Shown here piece by piece: positions 43,001-56,480 of a stretch of DNA of 64,000 nt. Location: the NCBI GenBank assembly GCA_012295275.1, contig CM022671.1, positions 26,660,001-26,724,000 on the forward strand, given 5' to 3'. The DNA is from Chrysomallon squamiferum (lineage: Eukaryota > Animalia > Mollusca). The notes beneath the pieces were generated by a model that was not told the DNA's origin, searched no databases, and worked only from the letters and a program-made list of their open reading frames with translations. The number at the start of each line of letters is the position of its first letter. The stretch's first letter is position 1. A program made the translations under genes and the position numbers.

Positions 43001-45959
43001 TTGATCTGACCCAGTAATCACAAAAGAAAGGTTGTTAACATCAAAAGTGATGAAGCAGTGATGTGGAAATCTGCAGAAGAGATAAATGAGAACAATAGCA
43101 GGGTTATCAGCCGTTGGTGCTGTTGGCCTGATGCCAGATGACCTACCACTGAAAGGTTATCATCCTTCTGTATCACACACACATATACATTTCATGTATG
43201 GATATGTGTTTATCAAGTACTGAGAAATAACTCTTTATTGAATACCTCTCAGTGGAATACAGGAATAGTTTTCTGGTGTCTTCTGGTACAGAAAGTGTCT
43301 ATTCATATCGGAATAACTTAATATGTAATCACAGATATGTTCTGTTTTTACTGTCAGAAGATTTCAGTATTTTTGTTTATATATGTAAGTTTTGTGCAGT
43401 TTATGTCCTTTTGTCTTAATTATTGTTAAAGAATTTCCTTTTTCGTTTATATAATTTTTTACATAATTATAAAGGCATTAAGTAATTATAATTTATAGTG
43501 AATGAAAAAGAAAAGTATTATTCTTATTTAATTATTTAAAAAATCAGTGGTTATAATATTACATATATCCATGTACATTAAAATGTTTTCTGTCAAGTAT
43601 TTATTTGGTAAAGGATAAGAAGTTCAACAGTTATCTCCCCTGACTAAGTTCAAAAACACCATCTTTTCCAGTTGTTCAAGGGAAATTTTCTGGACCTTTT
43701 TTACTTAACTCAAAATCATTGCAGTCATCCATCATGTGTAGAAAATGTACAGCTACAAAATGTATGCTTATGTATTGCTGCATAGGTTGTTTGCCAAACA
43801 GTAGGCTGGTTATTATTATTTTTTATTATTATTATTTTTTTTTTTTTTTTTTTTTTTACATTTTTAAATCAACATACAATTTAAAAAAAAATGATTATTT
43901 TTAAATATGAATAAAGAATAATTCCTAGCATTTATATGTAAACACATCATTTTATAATAGGTAACATTCAACTTTAACAAAAGTCAAAAACTGACATTCA
44001 AAATTAACTTTCATCATAAAAGCTCACAAAATGTGGGTTATTATTATCTTTTTTAACCATCTTTCCTTCATTAATGGGATCACATAACACTTTTTTCATA
44101 TACTCAACTCCAGTATGTTTGTTAAAGACAGGAAATCTGATTGGTTTGAAGTTGTAATTTAAAAAGTGTTTGCTGGGCCCCCTATCTGCAGTGTCATCAA
44201 GTGTGAACACATCAGATGACTACAGAAGTGGTCTAGTTCAGTAGTTAAACAGTCCACAGTAATAGTCAAGTGTGGAAGCTGTGTACAGCTTCGACAGTAG
44301 ACGTAACCTGTACTTTAATCCTACCAGTGTGTATTGTTGTAAATGTATCTGATGATTGCTTAATTTAATTATTTTATTTATTTATTTATTTTTTTGTTTG
44401 TTTGTTTTATTTATCATTATCCTTATTATCATAATCATCTTCATTATCATTATCATTATTTATTACCATCATTATCATCATGATAATGATCATCATCATT
44501 GTTAGAAATAAATAATCTTCACACACACAGACACACACACACACACACACACACACATTTACATCAATAATATAAAGTAGTCATGAGCCCAGTCTGGAAT
44601 GGGAAATATTCTAAAGGTTTCAGTATAGAGAATTCCTCTTGAAACTTGTCACAAAACACTCTCAACAAATATTCACCATTTTGCTTAATGTTAATATTTA
44701 GTAACACTGGTGAATTTCAGGAAACAATCATGAAAGTAAATTGTTGCACTTTGAACATTACCAAAGTACTATTCTTGTCAACAATGAATAGATTTGAAAA
44801 TAAAAGCTGCAGTTGTTAATATTAAGTACATGTAGCCATCTTTAATTATTGTTGTTGCAGTTTCAAAGCTGTTGATATTTGTTTAAGATATATTATTATT
44901 ATTTTTATTAATTAATATCATTTTGTTTATTTTGCTTATTAATGTAGCTAAGCTTGCTTTTAATTTTATTATATGCTTCATTTATTTCTGATTTGTCTTT
45001 TGTTTGATGGTTTTGTTTTTTAGGTGTTTTTTTTTTTTTTTTTTTTTTTATTTTGTTGTTTTGTTTTTTTTTTTCTTCAGGCTGTTTAATTTTAAAAATA
45101 AAGTAATTTTTTGTTTCTCAGATTAAAACCCTTTAAAATCAGTGCAGTATTAAAACAGAGTGAAACATAAGTGCATGAATACACTCTAATAGGTTACATT
45201 GTGTTTCAATGTTAGAATAAACAAGCACATAACATGTGAAAACAATGTGATACACTGTACTAATAACTCCAGCCTAAAGCTCTTATTACTTCAGTAATAA
45301 TGTGAAAAGTATTGGGGTTTTTTCTTCCTGTTTCATGTAGTTGTTTTGTATGCTATCATGTTATTATAGTCCAGATACATAAATATTTATCACTTTAGAA
45401 ATGGAAACCCCAAAAGAAAGAAACTTTTCTTTATAAAAAGGTAATTTGAGAGAATAATGTATGATCTTAATGAAAATAAACTTTGCAGCTCTAATTTAGA
45501 TATTCCATTTTTGATAAAGAATTGATATTTTATATGTGACATCTACAACAGCTGATTTTAAAAAGTGGAGGTACCTTCATTAGAATGGATATAATTTTCA
45601 AGATAAAATCTGTATATATATATATACAAAAATGTAAAAAAAGAAAAAATTGAAATAGTTGTATGGTTCCTCTAGATCCATATACAATTTTTAGATTCCA
45701 AAGATTTATTGACAAGAACTAATACTATTTAATATAGATGAGAAGAACTTATCTTTTTTCCTTATTGATTTCTTTGTGAAGATTTAATAATGTCCACACT
45801 TTTGCTTTGAAAATCTGTGATTAAATTACTGTGGTTAGAGCATTAGTCTTTGAACCTCAGTGGTTTAAAAAGTCTGTTCAGTGTTACATTACAGTGTGTG
45901 AAATATCCAGCTGGCTTAGCTTTGTCTGATACAGAGTATATTACATCAGTTGTGACTGT

Positions 45960-46461
45960 TCCAATAGGCACCCACCCTGTCACACCCCACTCCTACCAGC
46001 TGTGCCAGCAGTCACACCCGCACCCTCCCGATTTACATACAAACTCATAACACAGACGCACACAGCTTCACAACACAACACAACACGTTTTTCTGTGTGT
46101 TTTATTTACAAGAGATCCCTAACCCCGCCTGTATGGAGCGCTCCCTGTGACAGTACAAAGCTAGGCCATTCCCCATTGGACAATCCACGCTCCATTCATG
46201 CTCAAGGCCCAGACCAACTCACTCAGATACTGCATTCTTTTTATCTGTGTAAAGTTCAGTGAGCCAGCCCAGTCTTCACAGGATAGCTGCAAGGCCAGGA
46301 AACCCATGCAACAGTTGGATTTGTGAGTTTATTTTACAGTAATGTTTTATTTGCCGATAGCTACTAGCTGGTAGCGAACTATCACCGGTAGCTTGCTGGC
46401 AGTGAAATACACCTCAGGTTTTTTTTCTAGGTGTGATCTGAGAGAATATGCGCCTGCTATT
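45960..46461 (+). promoter_or_regulatory. Candidate proximal alternative promoter and first exon of plexin
   Basis: CACCC boxes at 45969-46030, GC box CCCCGCC 46123-46129, ATTGG 46175, Inr-like TCAGT 46256, two GTGAGT donors at 46323 and 46462, CpG retention through about 46610. Confidence 0.45.
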
Positions 46462-49400
46462 GTGAGTTTTTTTCTTCTATCTGTGCGTGCTTAGTGAAGG
46501 ATAACTTTAAAGTTTGCTGGCCATGTGAGTGTTCTGTGGTTTAAGATTATTGGATTTCTAATTTGTACATGGACGGTGGTGAAGATTTCTCTTGGATTTG
46601 TACCGCTTGGTTGTTGCATGATTAAACACAGGTTAGTAAACTTGCTGGTCATAATGTACATACATGTGATATACAACAGGACTGGGTGTGGCTACACTTG
46701 TTACAAATGTAACTTCTGTAAGGTGTGTTTTCTTACTTTTATGACTGGGAGTGTAACATACAAGTGTTCCTCTTTTTCAATACGTTTGCATTAGAATGTT
46801 ACTTGTTAAGTGTTTTTTCATTTTCGTAACTACAAGAATAACTTTTAAAAGTCACTGCTTGGAGACACTTGGTCTGTATTACAAGGTTAGTAAATAACCT
46901 GAAGTATTTAAGACCGCTTTAATACTGTTGTGTTAATTCAGATAGTACATACAAATAGAAAGTTAGTCTAGCCATAAACACACAGATATAAGTATTTTAA
47001 TATATAATTATTTGGAAAGTAGTTTTTAAATTCATGTAAATTTGTTAAAGGGGTTAACAATAAATGCATCAAAACAGACAGTTAGATAATAATATTATAA
47101 TATACATGACTAATATTATAATACATGAGTGACTATTATTATCCAGACTCTGTCAGTCTTACATACACACACATCTCATATGCGCACAGTCCACATGTGT
47201 ACATACAAATGCACAAATAATTAAAACATGCTGCACAAAGCACACATTCTTTCTCTCTCTCACTTTTTGTCTGTCTGTTTCTTTTCACTTTGTCTGTCTG
47301 CTTTATCTCTGTCTCTGTTTCACACATTAACACAGACAGACAGACATGCACTAGATCTCAAACAAAAAAGATCATACCATTCAGCCACCTTCTTTTTATT
47401 TAATACACAAAATATCACACAGAGCTTTTTTTTTTTGTGTGTGTGTGTGTTTAATTTAATACATTATTGATACTAAAGACAACATGATCAATATTATTAC
47501 ACTGATCTCAGAATACATTAACTCTCAGCCATTAGTAACAGAAAAAAAAAGTCATCAATTATATTAATGTTGATTAAATGGTGACGATGAATAATTAAGC
47601 TGGCAGAAATGTGTCGGTACAACAAAGCAGACACACAACATCTAACTCGAATACTCTGATAAAACAATACAGGAAATCCTTATCACATTACCTGTCACTT
47701 AGCTAAAAGAAAGTAGCTTTAACCTTTACACACCGTGTTGTACACTTAATCAGCATGAAGCAATGCTCACCTGTTGTCTGTATAAAGTAACCTGCTTTTA
47801 ATTACCAGGTAGGAAAACAGGGATAAAGTTACTGACTTGTATTTCCTTTCTGCTGCTGGATGTTTGTTTGTTTGTATTAAAGCGCAGTAGGTCTACCCTA
47901 CATATTCACCTTATTCAAACGTATTAACACCTCGTTAAAACTTAATGGTGAACTTAGAAGAAAAAAAAAAGCTCTTTCTTATTACAATGTCTTTTTTTTC
48001 TTTCTCAAATTCAAACACTGCTCAACAGTTGGCTTATTAAAGGCATTATTTCTTATTTTCTTTTTCATTCCATTTTTTTTTTTTAATTATTTATTTGTTA
48101 TTAAATTATTATATTATTATTAGTAGTAATAGTATTAATATTATAACTTTTTAGTTTTTAGTCCCAGCATGACAAATCATTTTTTTAAAGACAATATATT
48201 GTTTTGTCTTTTTTATTATTATGATTGTTTTTCTTTATTATTTTTTTATTTTATTTCTTTTCATCAAAATACTGTTATTTTATGGAGATGATTCTCTGGT
48301 GTAATCAGAACACAGATGTCATTTTATTAATAATAAATACTGCTCACTCTTTTTATGATCTTTGTGTCATTTTGACCAAATCCATTTTTGAAATGTGTTA
48401 TTCCAGTAGCTGTGAGAAATAGATTTTTCGTTAACTGAAAGAATTTTCAACATTGTTTTCAGAAATAAACACTATATTTTTATGTTTTACTTCATGCAGT
48501 TTTGACTAATTAATGATAAATGACACAAAACAATGTTATTTAGGTCATAACAGGGAGAAAACGTCTGGCCATGATGAAATAATTAACCCACTGTCTGTCT
48601 TCCTTTATTTCTGACACAGACATAGGCAGACATGCAGACACTATGGTGAAGAAATTACCAACAGTACACTATCTATCCTATAAATATTGATGATGCAATA
48701 TGTGACATCCCGTTTAAATAACATAGGCATGAATATTTATAAACTAACACTGAATCATGCACACATACATTAATCTTTAAATATTTCTCTCCCAAGTTTT
48801 TCATTTGACACAGGCAGATGTGTATTTGTTATCTGTTTTCTAAAGTAACAACAGGTTCCTTTGTTCTGACCTACCTCTGTGTTTAATCTCACAACTGTTA
48901 GTTTTCCTCCAGTGCTGTTTGTTGTTGTTAGCTGACTACTTTCACCAGGAAGAGAACTGGTCAGTAATAGCAATACATTTACTGATCATTAGCGAGGCAG
49001 GATAAAGTAATATACTGTAGATTTACTGTGCATTTTCTATCTGAATGCTGGCTGTTTCTGTCAGGACAGAAACTGTAATGCCCATAATTACATTTAATTA
49101 TAAACTACTATGCAGTATAAAACAATAATTGTAGACTTATTACACAACTCTGTGCTGGCTATATCATTTCTGAAGAGTACTGATCATTTACTTAACATTA
49201 GCTAGGCAAGATTAAATAATATACTGCTTTGCAGTCAGTGATATTGTATTATATTGCTATGTATCTAGATGTCTGTTGACTTGCTAGGTCTGACAGGAAG
49301 AAAACTAGCCAGTGGTAGTTATACATTTAATTATCCTGAACATGTAACACAAAATTCTTCATTGCAGACATTTGCATTTATACACTGTTATCACATTCTG

Positions 49401-51719
49401 CATGCTTGTCTGAATGCTGTACATTGCTACCACTGAACAAACCAATGCATTTAATCATAAACCCAGAGCCAATATTAAATACTGTGTTTTGGATTAGTTT
49501 GTATAATACTGCTCTATCTCTAAGAGCATGCTAGATCCACCAGGAATAAAAATGGCCAGTAATATCGATACATTTAATAATCAACAGCTATGTACTTTAA
49601 AATATTGCACCATTATAATAGTATTACATGCTCTGTGTGTGCTGGCCCTTTCCACAAGGAAGAGTTAGAGCCTCTCATATCAATACATGTAATTATCATG
49701 AGCCAGATGATACTTTACTGTAGTCATTTGTATCTGCACATGTGTATTGAAGGCTTTTATAGCAGTATATAGCTTAATGTGCTAAATTTTTGTCACCAGG
49801 AAGTAATCTGGTTGATAATAGGTAAAGATTTTTTCTGCAGTAGAATTAAGCTGTGCATATGTTTTAAAATCCTTATTCTGTTAATATCTGTCTGTCTGAC
49901 AATATTTGTGTGTATGAGAGTATAGGTAACAATGTATTTTAGAAAAAGAAAAGATTGTTTTACATTAATATTTGAGCAATTATTTTAAATTTATTATTAG
50001 TGGTATTACCAGTAGCAGTTGTTTTGTTATAGCGTGGCAGCAGTAGTAATAGTTTATTTTACTGCTGTTCTGTTTTCATACATTATATATTAAAAAAAAA
50101 TCTCTGAAATAATTACAATCCCATTACAGAAATGTTCGAATCCTTTTTTTTTTTTTCCTTTTGAAAAGACAGACATTCCAATGTCATTATATTTAGAAAG
50201 TAACATGATCAAAGACATGCCTTCCTCCATAAAACTTTGTTGTTTTTCTCCCAAGTCTTTTGTCCTCAAGCCAAACTTGTAAACACATCATCTTGGCTTC
50301 TGTGTTCTAATGAGTGTCACCAAGGCCACAGAGATTGTTCAGTGTAATCTGAGTTTCATCACAGCTGTATACTTAATAGCATAATTACCAGGTGTCTTCA
50401 TTTAGCTTCAGTGTTAAGAGTTCAGTCACAGGTATATACTTAATACATTATGATGTGGCTTTATTTCTTCAGATGAATTGTGGCTCAATGCTAAGACAAT
50501 TGATGTGTCTTAGAATATGACATACAAACTCAAAATACACCATTTCATTTGATTAAACATTTGTTAAAGTTTTTTTAAAATGATTAATAAAAGAAACAAT
50601 ATAATAACTTTTAATGAATGTGGTAAAAAAAAAGGTTTCTTCACTAATCAGTTGTCTTTTGAAAATTTTTGTTATTTATTTTTAATATTTATTCCCTTTT
50701 TTCTTTCATTTTTCTATCATATATATATATATATAAATTTAATTTATAAGATTTTTAAATTTTAAGATGACAGGTAAACAGACTTCTGAAAAAATGAGCA
50801 GTCATGTACTAACTGGACTCAACACAAGAACATGTCTTACACAGAACTTCGTTTTGATGGCAGCAGTGAAGCCTGAGCAGGCATACTTGAACAGTTCTAT
50901 CATGAATATAAACCTGCTAAACATTACCCACTTGAGAACATTACGTGCTTTGGTCACAATGTTAAAATTCCAGTGTTGAGAGGAATAAGAAGTAGATGAG
51001 ATTTTTAAGACCATTTCTCCCTGTGTGGTTTTTACATGCAAGTAGAACTACAACATGTGGCTGCCATATCTTTCTCTACATTGGTATTGCATGTTTATCA
51101 AAAGGTCTATTGATATCACATCAGACTTCTATGTTTTTCACCTGAAATTGACACCTATTCACTTAGACCTTTGAAGGTGTGTGGGCAATAAATCACAAAA
51201 TCTTTTATTCCATAATAGCTATTTTCTCATTCACAATCCCACTTTGAATAAAAAGAAAAAAGATATATATTCCCATGAACTCTTCATTGCTAACACTGGT
51301 AATCCTTTAGCTTATATGCATGACCGAACCATTTCAGTAAATGGTATTTTGTTCTTGTGTGTGTATGTGTCTGTGACTATTTTCCAGCTAAAGTTCAAAA
51401 CCGGAGCCAGTGGCCTAAAACACTGTTTTTTTTTTTTTTTTTTTTAATTGTTAAACTTTAGGTATTTACCAACTTGATGTGTATGTATTTTGGATGTACA
51501 TGTAACGATCTGACAGTTTGTCATTTTATAATGTTTAATATTTACTGGACAGCCATGGTTACTGAGATTCAGATCACCAACTGCAACACTTGAGATTAAG
51601 ATGATTAGACAAAGTGGGTGTTATGAGTGACATCCTGAATGGAACGAAAAATACCATCTTACAAAATTATTATTTACCTGTCAAAACTTAGATCATTTTA
51701 GATAACTATTACCCTCAGT

Positions 51720-51970
51720 CAATGAATGGTTAAATAAATAACTTAATAAATGAATGAATACATGCTTTACAGTACCTGAACATATTTAATGTATATCATA
51801 CATGACATAAAAATTATTGATACTAGAAAGGCAACCTGCTATTGTCAGGAATTATCTGCTGTTGTTGATTAATACAGATGATTCTGTGTCTATGTGTAAT
51901 AAGAAAAGAATACATCACAGCTTACAAAAACTTTTTGGTTAGCCAGACTGAATTACCCATATTCCCTATT
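51720..51970 (-). mobile_element. Highly decayed SINE copy
   Basis: (AATG)n-like tail, then gaaaggcaacctgct...ttgattaatacagatgattct...aatacatcacagctt, loosely matching the reverse complement of the V-like core. Confidence 0.3.
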
Positions 51971-52153
51971 GCCTTCTGATATTTTTATGACACTAAAGAC
52001 ACATTTCTTAATCTGAACTTTTAGGTTCTTTAATCTTTTTGATTTCATAATGACATTTTTTTTTTTTTTTTTTATATTTATTTTTTCTTATTTTTCATAA
52101 TTACTATCAGTTTCCATTTTATTATGCTATTGTTTTTCTAACTTTTTGTCTCT

Positions 52154-52156
52154 GTG

Positions 52157-52191
<35 letters not shown>

Positions 52192-52229
52192 GTGTGTTGT
52201 GTGTGTGTGTGTGAGTGTGTGTGTGTGTG
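52154..52229. repeat. Interrupted (TG)n microsatellite
   Basis: Direct reading. Confidence 0.95.
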
Positions 52230-53619
52230 CATAGTGTACTTGAATTTAAACTTCTTTTTTTTATTGTATTTCACTTTCCGGTGGTGTCAGTGACCAGAAA
52301 AATATTTAACGTTTAAAGGTAATTTCACATGCAAACACAGAACAATGTTTGTATGTTATTAAATATTCATGTGGTTTGACTTGGCTTGTTTGGTTAGGTA
52401 TTATTACCACCTACACCTGTGTGTGTACAGTGTGATTCAGACCAATATTTCAGCGCAGGTGTTTTGTCATCTTTGGCCAGGTAACATAACAGCCTTGACA
52501 TTTTATCAACCAGGATGATTCGCTGAGTCACTTCTGTGAAGGCATCATTACAAAACAAGAGGTTTTGATGAATAATGATTGTTAAGAGAAATTACTGTTC
52601 AAAGTCGAAAAAGAAAAGTGAAGTTTAATAAATTAAGTTTGACGAGGTTTTTGTAAAAAAATAAAAATTGAAGGATCAGGAGGTTTCTTTTCTGTTTATA
52701 TCTTAATCTATTTTTTTTTTTTTTTTTTTTATTTATTTATTTTTTTTTTATTTATTTAAATAATTTACTGAGAAAGGCAATTAATTTTTTTTTTTTTTTT
52801 TCAACTAAAATTATCAGATCATAAAAAATAATTACAGTTTTATTTAAAATATTAATAACATGAACAGTCACAACCACCACAACAGCAACAACAGTTATAT
52901 TAAATTTACTTGTTAAAGACAAATGTGATTACATATGACATAACAAATCAGAAGACAGTCCTATTCGGTCTATATATTTGGTTGTTTCCAATTCCAACCA
53001 ATGCCCAATTACTGGTTTATACAGCTGTGTGTATCACAGATCCCTTGGTTCTATTTCATATCAAAAAAAGCCTCTGGAGTAAAACCATGATTTTCATTTC
53101 AACATGTAATTAAATATTTATAACTTACATCTAATATAATTTAGCATTGAAATATGCTGAAGTAGTGTTAAAATAAATATTTATTAATTCATATCTGTTT
53201 GCAGAATACTGCAGTATTCAGTGTAATTTTTGCTATCAGCTAATAACTGCATTATTGTTCAGCTACAATCACAGTGTCTGATTGTTGAAAGATACTCAGC
53301 ACATGACAAGTAATTAGTGTCAAGGTGTTTCAGTCACCAGTCATTTTTCACACTGCTCTGTGATTTTTCTACCCCACACCCCTCTACTTGCCTAATCACA
53401 CGTTTTGTATGGGGTGGGGAGTGAAGGGTGTGTAGCAGTTAGTCTGTGGAAGGTTTTTTCTATTATTACTACCATCACTGAGTGTGTATTATTTTACAGT
53501 ATCTGCCTGCAGGGAGTGGTTACATGCTTGAATGGAAATCTTTGATTGTGAGGTATTGGATAACAAGGCATAAGTAATTTCTCAGATTGTGTAACTCCTG
53601 ACACATCTTAGAATGACAC

Positions 53620-53771
53620 TGGGATCTTAATAAGCAGGAGCCCCAATGTATTGGCCCTAAGGCACGAATGGAGAAGGGATCAAACCTCTGGGAAACCCAT
53701 TCAGGCTGGTTCCTGTGGTTGCTAGTCCCATTTGCTGGTTTATCAAAGGCCAGGGTGGGTTTTTTCCTGAC
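53620..53771 (+). mobile_element. Degenerate 3'-truncated SINE copy
   Basis: ggatcaaacc (B-box-like) ... ctggtttatcaaaggccagggtgggtttttcctgac, similar to the copies at 54.3 kb and 32.8 kb. Confidence 0.5.
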
Positions 53772-54233
53772 AAAAAAAATATTATAATTTGTTTCCAAAT
53801 GTAATCCATTTATCATCTCACATGGGAAAAGAAAGTTTTGTAATCTGATAAAAAAAAAAAAAAAAAAAGATGAAATATTTATCTTTAAGAATTAATAGGA
53901 TAAAAAAGTTAAAAAATGCTATTACTTACAAATATTCAGATTAATGGCCCAGATGAATGTCGGCTTTGTTTGGATTGAAGTTTGCTAATATTTTCCCACT
54001 TTACCTGTTGCCGAGATCAATAGATATAGTTGACTAACCTTCATTAACCTGTGTACCTATCTTTTGTTAATATTGTACTTGAGGTAAGTCAATATACAGA
54101 GACTTTGACCACATCCACAAAACACTCATGAATATATTTGCTGGAGCAGCCAAAAAAAACTTAATTTAAACATTCCTTAGAAGATTTAACCTTTTTTTTC
54201 TTATTTGCATAAGTAAAATCTGGTAAAACAACT

Positions 54234-54454
54234 GGAGTGTGGTGTGGCTTTGTGGTTAGAGTGCATGCCTATAATGTGGGAGATTACAGGTTCTATCCTC
54301 CTTGGGCTGGTTCACATTATAACCAGTGTTTATCAAAGCATGTGGTTTTCTGACTTTGGGAAATAAAAAAGAATTATTGCTACCAGTCAGTGTATCAGTA
54401 GCAGCATGTTCCTTCTCAGTGGTTATTATAACAAAATCACAAAATCACAAAATC
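54234..54454 (+). mobile_element. Degenerate tRNA-derived SINE with a V-domain-like body
   Basis: A-box-like TGGCTTTGTGG 54245-54255 and B-box-like GGTTCTATCC 54289-54298. Body tttatcaaagcatgtgg..aaaagaattattgct..gcagcatgttccttctc; (ACAAAATC)3 tail. Confidence 0.65.
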
Positions 54455-55032
54455 TAATAACTCAATGACAAATGTTTCAAGTTGTTGTTCACTCAGTTTA
54501 GATATAAAAGAGAAATGAATATTTAAAACAGTATTGTATGTAAATAGTAGCTTAGTGTGTGTTGATAAGAAGATTTTAATTCTTTCATTAAATGAACAAT
54601 TAATGTATTCTTTAGTTTGCTACTGAGATGCTTCTGTATAATGAGTTATAAAAAAAGATGTGCGAATGAATAGTAGATTCATAGTATAATATTTTTATGC
54701 ACTAAATATTTTTTAAGTAAAAATAATAATTTTTTATAAATTGCATTACAAAACATTTGTACTTTGTAATAGTAAATTTAGTATTTCTTTTACAGTATTT
54801 TGCTTTCATATTTCATAATACATAATAATTTTTTTTTTTTTTTTTGTTACTGTGTTCCTTTATTACTTTGTATTAGTAGTAGTTTCGTACAAAGTATTGT
54901 AAAATTAGAACATACATCTTTGAATAATTGATTTTAAATTCCATTTTTTTGTTCTTCCCATGTTGATTTAAGAGGGTATCTAAATACAAGATTATTATTA
55001 CAATAAATTTAATTTTTTTTTTTTTTTTCCAG

Positions 55033-55072
55033 GTTGAGGTGAGATGGTGTGTATCTTGCTGATGTAGTAGTC
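55033..55072 (+). promoter_or_regulatory. 5' UTR part of the first coding exon, with a short uORF (55044-55067, MVCILLM*)
   Basis: Lies between the acceptor at 55032 and the main ATG. The uORF start context gagATGg is strong, and it ends TAG TAG just before the main ATG. Confidence 0.65.
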
Positions 55073-56179
55073 ATGACCCAATGGGATCATTTTTTAGTGT
55101 GTGTCGTCACATTGCTGGCTTCATGTCACTCTGTGTTCAGTGGCTATATTGTCAATGAATTCTCTAGCGGTCTGGAGAAGTCACAGTTCAGGCACCTGGT
55201 TAGAAACACCGAGACTAGAGACCTGTATATTGGTGCTGTTAACCACATCTTCCACCTGAAGGATGACCTCAAACTGCTGGAAACAGCTCAGACTGGACCA
55301 AAAATAGACAGCCAGCAATGTCCACCGGTCGAACGATGCACGTACCCACGCAAGTTAACAGACAGCTACAACAAAATCCTCCTGATTGACTACACCAATC
55401 ATCATCTCATTGCATGTTCAAATTTGTTCCACGGTGACTGTGACAAACATCACCTTGACAACATCACTGTCATTGATGATCCTAACACCTTTGAACCAGT
55501 TGTTCCTAATAATGCAACTGCATCAGCAGTCGCATTTATTGCTCATGGACCAATGGAAGGAGACAAGCAGCCCAAAGTGTTGTATGTTGCTGCCACATAC
55601 ACATCTACAGGCATGCAGATCTTCAGAGGCAAAGTTCCTGCATTCTGCAGTCGATCGCTAGACACATTTCGACTGGTGAAAAAAGGATTTCGAAGCACAA
55701 AAATTGAAATAGAACCTCAGCAGCGGGCAACGTTCTCGGTGCGTTACGTGTACGGCTTTTCTTCTCGCCATTTCAGCTACGTTGTGACAGTGCAACAAGT
55801 GAATGTCAGGAAACAGATTTACATATCGAAAATTGTCCGAATCTGTCAGAATGACCCGAAATTCTATTCTTACACGGAGATGAAATTAGAGTGCGTGGTG
55901 GGCCAGACCGTATACAATCTGATCCAGGCAGCATACCTTGGTAAAGCTGGACACATCCTTGCCAGGAGTCTAGGCATTGATATGACTGAGGATGTACTGT
56001 ACACTGTATTTTCACTGGGAAAGCTGAATACAAGCATTCCAACAGGTGAATCGGTTCTGTGTGTGTATCCAATGAGAGAAGTGGTGCGCACATTCACAGA
56101 AAGTATCCAGTCCTGCTTCAAGGGTATTGGAAATACTGGACCAGACCATATTGTGGCACCAAAGCCATGTTACAAAGCG
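55073..56179 (+). CDS. PlexB: Plexin (PlexB-like) first coding exon: signal peptide and N-terminal Sema domain, 369 aa
   Basis: Acceptor (T)n-CCAG| at 55032. In-frame TGA at 55040 precedes ATG 55073 (MTQWDHFLVCVVTLLASCHSVFS, a hydrophobic signal peptide). Plexin Sema motifs: FRHLV..LYIGAVN, TGP, NKILLIDY, LIACSNLFHGDC, VVPNNATASAVAFIAHGP, YVYGFSS, SKIVRICQND..YSYTE..LEC, YNLIQAAYLGKAG..LA.SLG. Donor GCG|GTAAGT at 56180, phase 0. The B-class call rests on recalled similarity to Drosophila PlexB, not on a search. Confidence 0.93.
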
Positions 56180-56386
56180 GTAAGTGAAATCCACTGGTTC
56201 AGCTTTTATTTTAAAAAGTATGTGGATAAGGTGTAAGAATATCTCGTTAATATTTTTGAACTTGAAAACAAATGATTAAATAATAGGTCATTTTTGGGGG
56301 GGTTTTGGGTTTTTTTGTTTTTTGTTTTAAGGGATTGGATTTGTGCAGATATGTTTGTTATAGAGAAACAGAGAAAAAGGAAATTG

Positions 56387-56444
56387 AATGAATGCATGAC
56401 TAATGCATAATTATCTTCAAAAAGAACATATCTAAAAGATAAGG

Positions 56445-56480
<36 letters not shown>

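Noticed and set aside
54234-54310. tRNA gene
   Set aside because: A- and B-box remnants are present, but there is no intact cloverleaf and the sequence continues into a SINE body.
55049-55072. ORF-track start at GTG 55049 and extension to 56236
   Set aside because: This is a eukaryotic gene. ATG 55073 gives a clean signal peptide, and the tail VSEIHWFSFYFKKYVDKV is intron read-through past the GTAAGT donor at 56180.
55386-56194. Alternative-frame and antisense ORFs over the large exon
   Set aside because: Shadow ORFs of the plexin coding sequence.
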